Positions 9,514-17,166 of a DNA stretch of 61,401 nt are shown here, piece after piece. The notes under the pieces were generated by a model. That model had not been told where the DNA came from. It was given only the letters and a program-made list of their open reading frames with translations, and made no database searches. The position numbers were made by a program, and so were the translations under genes. The DNA comes from a virus (taxonomy: Duplodnaviria > Caudoviricetes). Each line of letters opens with the position of its first letter. Positions within the stretch are counted from its first letter, which is position 1. The stretch is taken from the IMG/VR virus record IMGVR_UViG_3300047463_000183, positions 1 through 61,401 of that record. One strand, given 5' to 3'.

Positions 9514-9557
9514 CGTTCACCCAAATGCGCTTCACGTGAAGCAAAAAATGCATCCTG

Positions 9558-9627
9558 AATTTATGCTCAAAAAAAAGTCTGTCAATGATTTTTTGTCATT
9601 GACAGACCAAATAAACCTGTATAGGCA
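9558..9627. promoter_or_regulatory. Divergent sigma70-like promoters inside a 12-bp inverted repeat
   Basis: GTCTGTCAATGA (9577-9588) / TCATTGACAGAC (9596-9607); each arm carries an outward-facing TTGACA; lies at the strand switch. Confidence 0.6.
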
Positions 9628-9648
9628 GATTGGAGAAAGGCGGTGAAT

Positions 9649-9822
9649 ATGACCGACGAGCAAATCCTATGGCTTGGTGACGCTATAAACAGGGCTTACG
9701 TTTGCGGCCATACGACGGGGGCTAAAGCGATAGCCGAAAATCTTCTTTTTCGAATTGCTGAAGCTGGTTATGAAATAAAATTTCTGGAGAAGAGTAGTGG
9801 AGAAAATACAACAGGAAATTGA
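9649..9822 (+). CDS. Small hypothetical protein (57 aa)
   Basis: Translated by hand (MTDEQILWLG...); purine-rich RBS; first of an overlapping chain. Confidence 0.5.
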   Translation: MTDEQILWLGDAINRAYVCGHTTGAKAIAENLLFRIAEAGYEIKFLEKSSGENTTGN

Positions 9823-9952
9823 TACGTGCGAACGCAGACTCCTTCAGTTGAAGGAAGAAGTCGAGGCGGTTGAAGCAAGGCTTCGCTACCTGAAGCATTA
9901 CTTGAATAACATACAGAAAACATCAGGAACAAAAACTGGAGAAGATCAATGA
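9797..9952 (+). CDS. Small coiled-coil protein (51 aa)
   Basis: Translated by hand from GTG (MEKIQQEIDTCERRLLQLKEEV...); ATGA overlap with next ORF. Confidence 0.45.
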   Translation: MEKIQQEIDTCERRLLQLKEEVEAVEARLRYLKHYLNNIQKTSGTKTGEDQ

Positions 9953-10110
9953 AACTGACAGACTTTAGCTTCTGCGTAGCCTTGTCCATAGCAGCAACCT
10001 ACTGTTTTGGTGTTGCTTTTGGAGGGTTCGTAGCAACGGGAATTGGGCTTTTAACGCTGATTGTCATTAAACTCGTGGATGCGTTGGTGTGGATGATGAG
10101 AAAAGTGTAG
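9949..10110 (+). CDS. Small membrane protein (53 aa)
   Basis: Translated by hand (MKLTDFSFCVALSIAATYCFGVAFGGFVATGIGLLTLIV...); GGAG RBS. Confidence 0.5.
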   Translation: MKLTDFSFCVALSIAATYCFGVAFGGFVATGIGLLTLIVIKLVDALVWMMRKV

Positions 10111-10276
10111 GAAAGGAGACCAACAATGACAATTGACTGGCAAATCTTCGAGCAATTGCCGCTATGAACAAACTTAAATCTTGCCCGTTCTGCGGCGAGG
10201 TCAGGGGATCTGGTCTTTCCGACCAGTAATCGTCGCCCAGGCCGTCAGCGCCATGACTTTGAGAGATAACCACCAC

Positions 10277-11464
10277 ATGAACGAGATGCTACAGCATCCT
10301 CAGGCCGTTTCGCAAGGAAATGCGTTGGCTCAAGCTCAGTTTGGAGCCGCTTGCCGCGCTGAATGCCGCATACAGGACGCCATCGCACACGGCAGGGAAG
10401 CGGTTCGGCTCGACCCGACGAACGCCGACTACCTCGTCGCGCTGTCTTTGGCGTATGTCGATGCCGATGAGTTTGGAAAAGCCAAGAACTGCCTGATCCG
10501 GGCGCTCGGGTTGCAGCCAGACCATGCCGACGGCCATCTGGCGATGGCACAGATTCTGTTGGCCGAAGGCCACATGGAGGAAGGCTGGCGAGAATATGAA
10601 TGGCGTAACCTGACCGAGGCCGGTAAGGCGATCATGCCGAAAATGACGTCCATGCGTTGGAACGGGATGGAGATCCCCGATGGCCGTCTGCTGATCGTTG
10701 GCGATCAAGGCTACGGTGATACAATCCAGTTTGCCCGGTATATCCCCGCCGCGAAACGACGGGTCAAAGAAATCGTATTCGGGTGCAGCTCTGAAATGCG
10801 CCCTCTGTTTGAGAACTTCCCCGGCATAGATGCGTATTACGACCGATGGGATCACGTCCCGCCTCACGCGGCTCACTGCCATCTGTCAAGCTTGCCGTAT
10901 TTGGTCGAATACAACCCGCTCATATATCAAACGGATATTCCCTATTTAGGGGCTGAAACATCTCGGTTGAAACATTGGGAAAACAAACTGGGGAAAAGAT
11001 CGGGAGCAAAGCGAGTGGGGTTGGCGTGGAGTGGTCGTCCGACACACCCCAATGATAAGCGCCGATCCATGAGGCTCAAGGATTTGTTGCCGCTGTCGGA
11101 AATCAGCGGCGTTGAATTTGTGTCACTACAAAAGCCGATACCCGAAGACGATCAAGAAACTGTGAACAAATTTCCAGGTATGGTTGATCTGTCGGATGAA
11201 ATGACCGATTTCGGGGAAACCGCCGCGATATTGTGTGCCCTTGATGGCGTTATCACGATAGACACGGCGGTGGCTCATTTGGCAGGTGCCATGGGTGTGA
11301 AAACCCATGTGATGGTCGCGAAGGCCGCTGACTGGCGTTGGGGATTATCCTTGAAAAAATCGCTCTGGTATCCGACCGTCACGATCCTTCGTCAGGAAAT
11401 TCCTGGAGATTGGACGCCTGTTATTGAACAGGCTCGGCAATCCCTCATTCACCTGACATCCTGA
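10277..11464 (+). CDS. TPR-containing GT9-like glycosyltransferase
   Basis: TPR helices then GW.EYEWR, DQGYGDTIQFARY, VGLAWSG.P.H.ND..RS, DFGETAAIL..LD.VITIDTAVAHLAGAMG, DWRW..WYP; start uncertain (10253 or 10277). Confidence 0.88.
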   Translation: MNEMLQHPQAVSQGNALAQAQFGAACRAECRIQDAIAHGREAVRLDPTNADYLVALSLAYVDADEFGKAKNCLIRALGLQPDHADGHLAMAQILLAEGHMEEGWREYEWRNLTEAGKAIMPKMTSMRWNGMEIPDGRLLIVGDQGYGDTIQFARYIPAAKRRVKEIVFGCSSEMRPLFENFPGIDAYYDRWDHVPPHAAHCHLSSLPYLVEYNPLIYQTDIPYLGAETSRLKHWENKLGKRSGAKRVGLAWSGRPTHPNDKRRSMRLKDLLPLSEISGVEFVSLQKPIPEDDQETVNKFPGMVDLSDEMTDFGETAAILCALDGVITIDTAVAHLAGAMGVKTHVMVAKAADWRWGLSLKKSLWYPTVTILRQEIPGDWTPVIEQARQSLIHLTS

Positions 11465-12101
11465 CGGCGGTCCTGGACCACGGCCCTTTGGTCTGCCTGG
11501 GGCCAGACATCTCCGCCAACCACTGTGTCCAGGCTCCAGCCGTAGGCGACGTTTCACGGCGCGCGATATATCCACCTTCCGCCAGCGTCAGCGGCGCGGT
11601 CAGGGTGTTGCGGAAGCTGAACGGCGCTTTGCCTTGCAGGTTGAACCACGACGGCAGGACGAAATCAGAGAGCTGCACACCGTCGATGGAATAGGCGAAC
11701 TGATCGTCCTCCGGCGCGTCGCAGACCTCCAGAGCATAGCACCATGTCACGCCGTTCTGTTCGGCCATCACGGTCTTCGTGCAGAACGGATCGGCCAGCA
11801 TCTCAAGCGTCTCATGAGAGGCTGTGACCGTCCACAACGGCGCGTCAGCGACGAACACCTTGGCCTGGGGCGTGCCATCGTCGGTGTGGTAACCCAACGC
11901 GCCGTCCGTGTCCGAGTGATCCAGGAACAGCACCTGCCAAGCCGTCGCGGGCGGCGTCGATCCGGTTGGAAAGAAGACGCACTCATCCCGCAGGTTCCAG
12001 ACCGGCTGGAAGTCCCGGTCGATCTGGGTCTGCTGGGCGGCGACGTAAGCACGAACCTGATCGTCGGTGATCAGGTCCGTCAGACGTCTGTAGGCGATCA
12101 C
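11445..12101 (-). CDS. Putative zinc metallopeptidase-like protein
   Basis: GALGYH, SHETLEMLADP (HExxE), EVCD..E, SDFVLPSWF; true start may lie slightly upstream. Confidence 0.55.
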   Translation of the reverse strand: MIAYRRLTDLITDDQVRAYVAAQQTQIDRDFQPVWNLRDECVFFPTGSTPPATAWQVLFLDHSDTDGALGYHTDDGTPQAKVFVADAPLWTVTASHETLEMLADPFCTKTVMAEQNGVTWCYALEVCDAPEDDQFAYSIDGVQLSDFVLPSWFNLQGKAPFSFRNTLTAPLTLAEGGYIARRETSPTAGAWTQWLAEMSGPRQTKGPWSRTAVRMSGE

Positions 12102-12652
12102 GGTGCCATGACCCCAAGGATCTTAACGGCGGGCGGAACGGAGCGGGCCGAAGTCGCCGGACCGGTCGCCGGATGCACCAGACCGTTCACGAACGCGACG
12201 ATGGTCGGCACCAGCGACTGCACTTCCTTGGCGATGGCCAAGGCCGCGATGAAGGTCGGGTTGGGAACCGGAACAGCGGACAGACCCGCCACGATAGCGG
12301 TCACCGCCGCGCTCAACAGGTTCTCGATGCCGCTCAGCGTGGACGCGGCGGCGGTGGCGGAAGCGCCAGACGTGACGGCGGAACCAAACGCCCCTGCGGC
12401 TGACGACAGAGCACCAAGCGCCGCGTCCGCCGTCGTCTTGGCGCTGGCCTTCATGGACGACGCAAACGTCGCCAGGATCGTCTCCAGGGCGCTGACGGCG
12501 GACTGAAGGTAAGACACGATCTGGGCGATGGCCCCGGCACCAGCGGCGGTGCCCGCCGTGGACACGAGATCCTTGATCTGGGCGCAACCAGCGACCGCGA
12601 CCGCCGGGACGACCAGGGCGGACGTGGTAAGGAAGGAGCGACGTGCGTTCAT
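12098..12652 (-). CDS. Tat-type lipoprotein, Ala-rich (spanin candidate)
   Basis: MNARRSFL twin-arginine motif, hydrophobic stretch, VAGC lipobox; ATGA overlap with upstream holin-like ORF. Confidence 0.65.
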   Translation of the reverse strand: MNARRSFLTTSALVVPAVAVAGCAQIKDLVSTAGTAAGAGAIAQIVSYLQSAVSALETILATFASSMKASAKTTADAALGALSSAAGAFGSAVTSGASATAAASTLSGIENLLSAAVTAIVAGLSAVPVPNPTFIAALAIAKEVQSLVPTIVAFVNGLVHPATGPATSARSVPPAVKILGVMAP

Positions 12653-12813
12653 TGCTTGGGTGTCTCCGGCCAGAAGATGGCGATGAGCCCGCCCACGATG
12701 GTCGGAACAGCGGCCTGCCACGTGATCGAGCCAGTCAGGTAGGCCATGATCGCACCGCCGATGACGGCGGCACCATGGCTGGTTGAGAGTTCGTTGACGC
12801 GGTCTTTGATCAT
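12649..12813 (-). CDS. Holin-like small membrane protein (54 aa, 2 TM)
   Basis: Translated by hand: MIKDRVNELSTSHGAAVIGGAIMAYLTGSITWQAAVPTIVGGLIAIFWPETPKQ; overlaps both neighbours. Confidence 0.65.
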   Translation of the reverse strand: MIKDRVNELSTSHGAAVIGGAIMAYLTGSITWQAAVPTIVGGLIAIFWPETPKQ

Positions 12814-13178
12814 TGAGCGATCACCTCTAGTTGGTCGTCGTCGCTGTCACACACCAACTGCCTGATGTTGTGGGCCATGATGATGCAGCCGTCCGACGCG
12901 CTGTGGTCGTTTTGAGCATTGTCGCCGTGCATGAAAAAACCGCCACGACCAAACATTTCGTTGTCGTCAGCGGGTTCGAGAGGCATGGCGATAGGTCCAA
13001 GATGATCCACCGGATCACGGGGATCACCGACGGTGTAGGTGCCGACCGGAAGCGGACCGACAGCCACGACGTGTGTCCAGCCTGGGTTGTTCAGCCCGGC
13101 ACCGTGGCCACTGTATCCAACGCCGATCAGGTGGCCCTGGTTATCAAACAGTTGCCCGGTTTTGATGACATACTTCAT
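12810..13178 (-). CDS. Tlde1/DUF2778-like L,D-transpeptidase-fold protein (putative endolysin)
   Basis: GYSG.G...NNP....V..GPLP.G.Y, GRGGFFMHGD, ASDGCII (His...S.GC catalytic pattern). Confidence 0.8.
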   Translation of the reverse strand: MKYVIKTGQLFDNQGHLIGVGYSGHGAGLNNPGWTHVVAVGPLPVGTYTVGDPRDPVDHLGPIAMPLEPADDNEMFGRGGFFMHGDNAQNDHSASDGCIIMAHNIRQLVCDSDDDQLEVIAQ

Positions 13179-13408
13179 TTGTCAACCTTATTCTCCAGTC
13201 TGTCGAAAATCTTCTCCAGCATCGACTCGATTTTCCTTAAACTGTCGTGCCAGTCTTCTTTTGACACGTAGTGTTTAGGAAGATCGACTTCGATCTGGTG
13301 AATATCTCGACGCAGGTTTTCGGTCGCTTCATACAGACGGCGAGCGAACCAGCCGATGACGGCCAAGGCCGTCCCAACAACAAGATCAATCGCCGTCTGT
13401 GGGTCCAT
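13175..13408 (-). CDS. Holin/antiholin-like protein (1 TM plus coiled coil)
   Basis: N-terminal TM (AIDLVVGTALAVIGWF), LPKHYVSKED, KIFDRLENKVDK. Confidence 0.65.
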   Translation of the reverse strand: MDPQTAIDLVVGTALAVIGWFARRLYEATENLRRDIHQIEVDLPKHYVSKEDWHDSLRKIESMLEKIFDRLENKVDK

Positions 13409-13410
13409 GA

Positions 13411-13575
13411 CTAGCTCGCTACGGTGCCTTGGTTGACGTCGATTTCCGGCGATTCGGTAGCCGGAGCCACGGCGCGGTATTCCTGATCGAGGCGAACGAT
13501 CAGGTTCGCGACCTCGGCATACGGACGCTGGACGAGGATATTGAAGATCGCGGTCAGTTCATCAGCAGTAAACAT
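13411..13575 (-). CDS. Small hypothetical protein (54 aa)
   Basis: Translated by hand: MFTADELTAIFNILVQRPYAEVANLI...; GAGGGG RBS. Confidence 0.6.
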   Translation of the reverse strand: MFTADELTAIFNILVQRPYAEVANLIVRLDQEYRAVAPATESPEIDVNQGTVAS

Positions 13576-13594
13576 ATTGTCCCCTCATGGCCGA

Positions 13595-14125
13595 TCAGGA
13601 TGACCACTGTTCCGTCGGCTCAACGGGCCAATTCGTCACAGGGGTGGTTGGCGGGTTGACGGCGATGGCCCGCAACTGATTGCGATACGTGACAAAATCC
13701 GCCTGATTGGTCAAATGCGGATTGTTCGCGGTATTCGTGACGGACGGGATTTCGGTCCAGTCGGTGGCGGTCAGAAGCTGCTTCGCCTGGGCCTTGTTAT
13801 TGGCCTGAACCTGCTGCTGATACGCCTGCTGCTGCTGCGGCGTCATCTGCGTCACGGTCCATTCCAGCGTCCACTGGCCGTTCACCAGCGTCGGCTGGGT
13901 GTTCAGGGTGCAGATCTGGGTGGCCGGGTCGAACGTTGGCTCCGGCGCCGTGGTCACGGTCTGAAGGGTGTTGCCTTCCAGGTTGGCCGTGGTGCCGTCG
14001 AACATCTCCACCAGCGTCTTGTCGGGTGGGAAGTTCGTGTAGGGGTTTTCCGCCTGCAACGTATCGTAGTTGTAGGGAAATTTCACCAGCGTGTTGTTGC
14101 TGCTGACCTCGGCGTAATCAGGCAT
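13595..14125 (-). CDS. Tail fibre assembly chaperone
   Basis: C-terminal AKQLLTATDWT......YRNQLRAI..NPP....WP..P.EQW; paralogue of 18657-19058. Confidence 0.75.
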   Translation of the reverse strand: MPDYAEVSSNNTLVKFPYNYDTLQAENPYTNFPPDKTLVEMFDGTTANLEGNTLQTVTTAPEPTFDPATQICTLNTQPTLVNGQWTLEWTVTQMTPQQQQAYQQQVQANNKAQAKQLLTATDWTEIPSVTNTANNPHLTNQADFVTYRNQLRAIAVNPPTTPVTNWPVEPTEQWSS

Positions 14126-14348
14126 CGGGGGTCCCCGTGATGGTGATGGTTGACGTTGCGCGGTCGATCATGATCTGGCCCTCGCAGCAGATGCTCCAGT
14201 CCTCGCCGGTCTGAGCACCCCATGAGGGCACCCCAATCCTGACCTGCTTGGCAATATACTCTTTCGGGCCGTCAAAGACACGCCAAACGTGGTCTTTCGA
14301 TCCCCGTCCTGGCTCGCCGCGTGACTTATTGAACCGGACAGCGATCAT
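14118..14348 (-). CDS. Hypothetical protein (76 aa)
   Basis: MIAVRFNKSRGEPGRGSKDHVWRVF...; GGAGG RBS; ATGA overlap. Confidence 0.65.
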   Translation of the reverse strand: MIAVRFNKSRGEPGRGSKDHVWRVFDGPKEYIAKQVRIGVPSWGAQTGEDWSICCEGQIMIDRATSTITITGTPDA

Positions 14349-14965
14349 ATGACCTCCGGCGGCAGCGGGGCGCAGCAGTTCATGTGACTGTGTTCTTCGA
14401 CCCCGACGTTGAAATGGATGAACCGGAAGGGCTGATCGGCACCGTGGCGGGTGAAGCCATGCGCCAGCCATGAGTTCATCAGCAGCAGATCGCCGGGCTG
14501 CACATCGAAAAAAATCTGTTCAGAAGCGTAAGTCACGGTTTCCATGGACGCCTGGGGCAGAGCGATCTGACGCTTGGCCGGGCGTGGGTCGAAGATGATC
14601 GGGTGGGCGCTGTCCTTGGGCGGCACATCCACGAAATAGAAACCGCTGATCTGGGCCGTGCGTGGATGCACATGTTCGATGTGCTGACCGCCCTTGGTGA
14701 ATTCCTGACCCCAGAATTCGTTCACCGTTACCTGTAACGGTGCCATGGCGTAGCCTTGCTCGAACAGCATCTCGTAGCTGGCCTGAGCGATGGTCTTCAG
14801 CAGGTCGCCAAGCCGGTCATCGAACATGGCTTCCGACTGGCAGACAGCCCATTCGTTGCGTGGCACCTTGGCGAGGTATTCCGACATGACCGTTCGCGCC
14901 GGGCCAAGATGCTCTGGGAAAGAGCCCCTGGCGACAGCGGACGGGAAAAACAAATCAACGTTCAT
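14345..14965 (-). CDS. 2OG-Fe(II) oxygenase (TIGR02466-like)
   Basis: W........H.EHVHP...ISGFYFV, FDPRP, PGDLLL.NSWLAH, R.IHFN. Confidence 0.85.
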   Translation of the reverse strand: MNVDLFFPSAVARGSFPEHLGPARTVMSEYLAKVPRNEWAVCQSEAMFDDRLGDLLKTIAQASYEMLFEQGYAMAPLQVTVNEFWGQEFTKGGQHIEHVHPRTAQISGFYFVDVPPKDSAHPIIFDPRPAKRQIALPQASMETVTYASEQIFFDVQPGDLLLMNSWLAHGFTRHGADQPFRFIHFNVGVEEHSHMNCCAPLPPEVI

Positions 14966-15578
14966 TCTCGCGACCCCCCAGCAGAAGGGTGGAATTACCC
15001 TTCAGCACCGCGATCTTATTTTGCGCCGATTCAATGCGGAGAACAACCTGCTGAACATGAGGGACAATCTCATTCTCGAAGTCAGGATGATTACGCATGG
15101 CGTTGAGTTGATCTTCCGGGATCGAGCCGGTCGATAGAAGGTAGTTCTCGCACCGCTTCTTGAATTCGCCCAGCCATTCTTCGCGCTGAGCGGCTTCCGA
15201 CGCTTCCAGCACAGGCAGGTGGGCGTATTTCCGTTGGGTGTCGAGTTCCGCCATGATGCCTTCGATGGTGGCGATTTCCATCTCAGCGCCCTTGATGGCC
15301 AGCTCAAGCAGCCCTTCGCCCGACCGCCATTCGATCATGTCGGCTTCCGCCATGAGCTTGGCGGCCTGGGTGGCGTTGGGGTTGTTGAGGGCGTCCTCGA
15401 TCTCAAGCCGTCTGGCTTCGCGCTTGAGCAGGCGGGCGCGGGTGGATTCCAGCTTGATCATGATGTCGAGGCGTTGCTCATACATCAGGCACCATGCCAT
15501 GTCGGGCGTGGAGCAGTTGTTCGCGATGAAGTAGCGAAGCTGAAAGTCGCTGTTATTGCGGTGAGGTGCTGAGTGCAT
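14955..15578 (-). CDS. Coiled-coil hypothetical protein adjacent to repeat protein
   Basis: 207 aa, long helical heptads; starts immediately after the upstream stop. Confidence 0.7.
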   Translation of the reverse strand: MHSAPHRNNSDFQLRYFIANNCSTPDMAWCLMYEQRLDIMIKLESTRARLLKREARRLEIEDALNNPNATQAAKLMAEADMIEWRSGEGLLELAIKGAEMEIATIEGIMAELDTQRKYAHLPVLEASEAAQREEWLGEFKKRCENYLLSTGSIPEDQLNAMRNHPDFENEIVPHVQQVVLRIESAQNKIAVLKGNSTLLLGGRENER

Positions 15579-15579
15579 A

Positions 15580-16557
15580 TCAAGGGGAGTTCACACAAAG
15601 AGCCCAGGAGGCGGCGGAACCGAAATAAGACGCACAACTCGCCGCACCAACGCCAGATGCGGTAGATGTGCAAGATGAGTAAGTGTATTTGTTGCGGGTT
15701 GTTAGGCCTACGCTGCCGTTATACCCCAATGCAAATATCCCACGAGTGCTATTACCGGCTGCGGAACCGAAATAAGACGCACAACTCGCCGCACCAACGC
15801 CAGATGCGGTAGATGTGCAAGATGAGTAAGTGTATTTGTTGCGGGTTGTTAGGCCTACGCTGCCGTTATTCCCCAATGCAAATATCCCACGAGTGCTATT
15901 ACCGGCTGCGGAACCGAAATAAGACGCACAACTCGCCGCACCAACGCCGCATGCGGTGGATGTGCATGAGGAGTAAGTGTATTTGTTGCGGGTTACTAGG
16001 TTTACGCTGCCGTTATACCCCAATGCAAATATCCCACGAGTGCTGTTACCGGCTGCGGAACCACGACAAGACGCAACACTCGCCGCACCAACGCCAGATG
16101 CGGTAGATGTGCAAGATGAGTAAGTGTATTTGTTGCGGGTTGTTGACGATGCGGTTGTATAACCCAACGCGAATATCCCGCGAGTGCTGTTACCGGCGGC
16201 GGAACCTACATAAGACGCACAACTCGCCGCACCAACGCCGCATGCGGTGGATGTGCATGAGGAGTAAGTGTATTTGTTGCGGGTTGTTATGCCTACGCAG
16301 TTGTGATACCCCAATGCAAATATCCCACGAGTGCTATTACCGGCTGCGGAACCAGCAGCAGACGCACAACTCGCCGCACCAACGCCACATGCGGTGGATG
16401 TGCATGAGGAGTAAGTGTATTTGTTGCGGGTTGTTGACGCTGACGGTAAAAAACCCAACGCAAATATCCCCACCGTCCCGTCGGTCCCGGAGACACCAGC
16501 ATACCCAAACCCAAATCCATTGGCGGACATGCCGCCGCGCTGAATAAGCGAAGGCAT
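15580..16557 (-). CDS. Six-repeat Cys-rich protein A (predicted beta-propeller fibre-tip adhesin)
   Basis: 6 x GIFALG-var-TTRNKYTYSSCTSTA(C/S)GVGAAS-var-GSAAGNSTR; ends WALCVNSP. Confidence 0.8.
   Translation of the reverse strand: MPSLIQRGGMSANGFGFGYAGVSGTDGTVGIFALGFLPSASTTRNKYTYSSCTSTACGVGAASCASAAGSAAGNSTRGIFALGYHNCVGITTRNKYTYSSCTSTACGVGAASCASYVGSAAGNSTRGIFALGYTTASSTTRNKYTYSSCTSTASGVGAASVASCRGSAAGNSTRGIFALGYNGSVNLVTRNKYTYSSCTSTACGVGAASCASYFGSAAGNSTRGIFALGNNGSVGLTTRNKYTYSSCTSTASGVGAASCASYFGSAAGNSTRGIFALGYNGSVGLTTRNKYTYSSCTSTASGVGAASCASYFGSAASWALCVNSP
15607..16470 (-). repeat. Coding tandem repeat, 6 units of about 144-147 bp
   Basis: GGTAGATGTGCAAGATGAGTAAGTGTATTTGTTGCGGG recurs at 15661 and 15808 (147-bp period). 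Confidence 0.95.
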
Positions 16558-17147
16558 CAGTATTGCACCTGCGAAGCAAGAACGGTGTATGTCGGTGTGC
16601 TGGCTGTCTTCACGACCGTGTATTGATAAACGTCGATGCCGGAAGCGTTGCCCTTCGTCGGCGCCGTTCCGCCCTGCCAGTATGTCGTGACGCCCGTCGT
16701 CGAGCCGTCTACCTGCACCGCCGTGTTGTAGTAAGCCGTGGAGCCCTGGGTCGTCAGCATCGCCATCGTCACGGACTGACCAACCGCGAGCGCCGTTCCA
16801 AGGGACGTGCCGCTGCTCATGGCGATGTTCACGGTCCAGTTGTTCGCGGCGTTGGTCGTGTAATACTGAACCGAGCCGTTGTTCAGATAGAAGGTCTGGG
16901 TCGAGGATGGCGCGGCGGCGACGATGTTAACGACTTCCGCCGAGTTTGTGAGGATCGCGGCCAGGACGGAAGATGAGCCGGTCATCGTGTTTTTGCCAGC
17001 GAACGTGGCGTTTTGGGACGCATCAAGCGTCAGCGCCGCCGTGCCTGAGCCGGTTTGCAGAACCAGGATACCAGACGAGTCCGCCGCCTGCTTCAGCCCC
17101 GCTGAACCGCTGACCGATCCGTTATCCGCCGTTATGGTTGTGGTCAT
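16557..17147 (-). CDS. Short tail-fibre tip/adaptor protein A
   Basis: C-terminal GQSVT..TAYY..QVDG..WQGGTAPT.GNAS..DVY..KTAS..YTVLAS domain shared with 18125-18655. Confidence 0.7.
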   Translation of the reverse strand: MTTTITADNGSVSGSAGLKQAADSSGILVLQTGSGTAALTLDASQNATFAGKNTMTGSSSVLAAILTNSAEVVNIVAAAPSSTQTFYLNNGSVQYYTTNAANNWTVNIAMSSGTSLGTALAVGQSVTMAMLTTQGSTAYYNTAVQVDGSTTGVTTYWQGGTAPTKGNASGIDVYQYTVVKTASTPTYTVLASQVQY

Positions 17148-17166
17148 GGATTGAGGTCCTTAAGGA

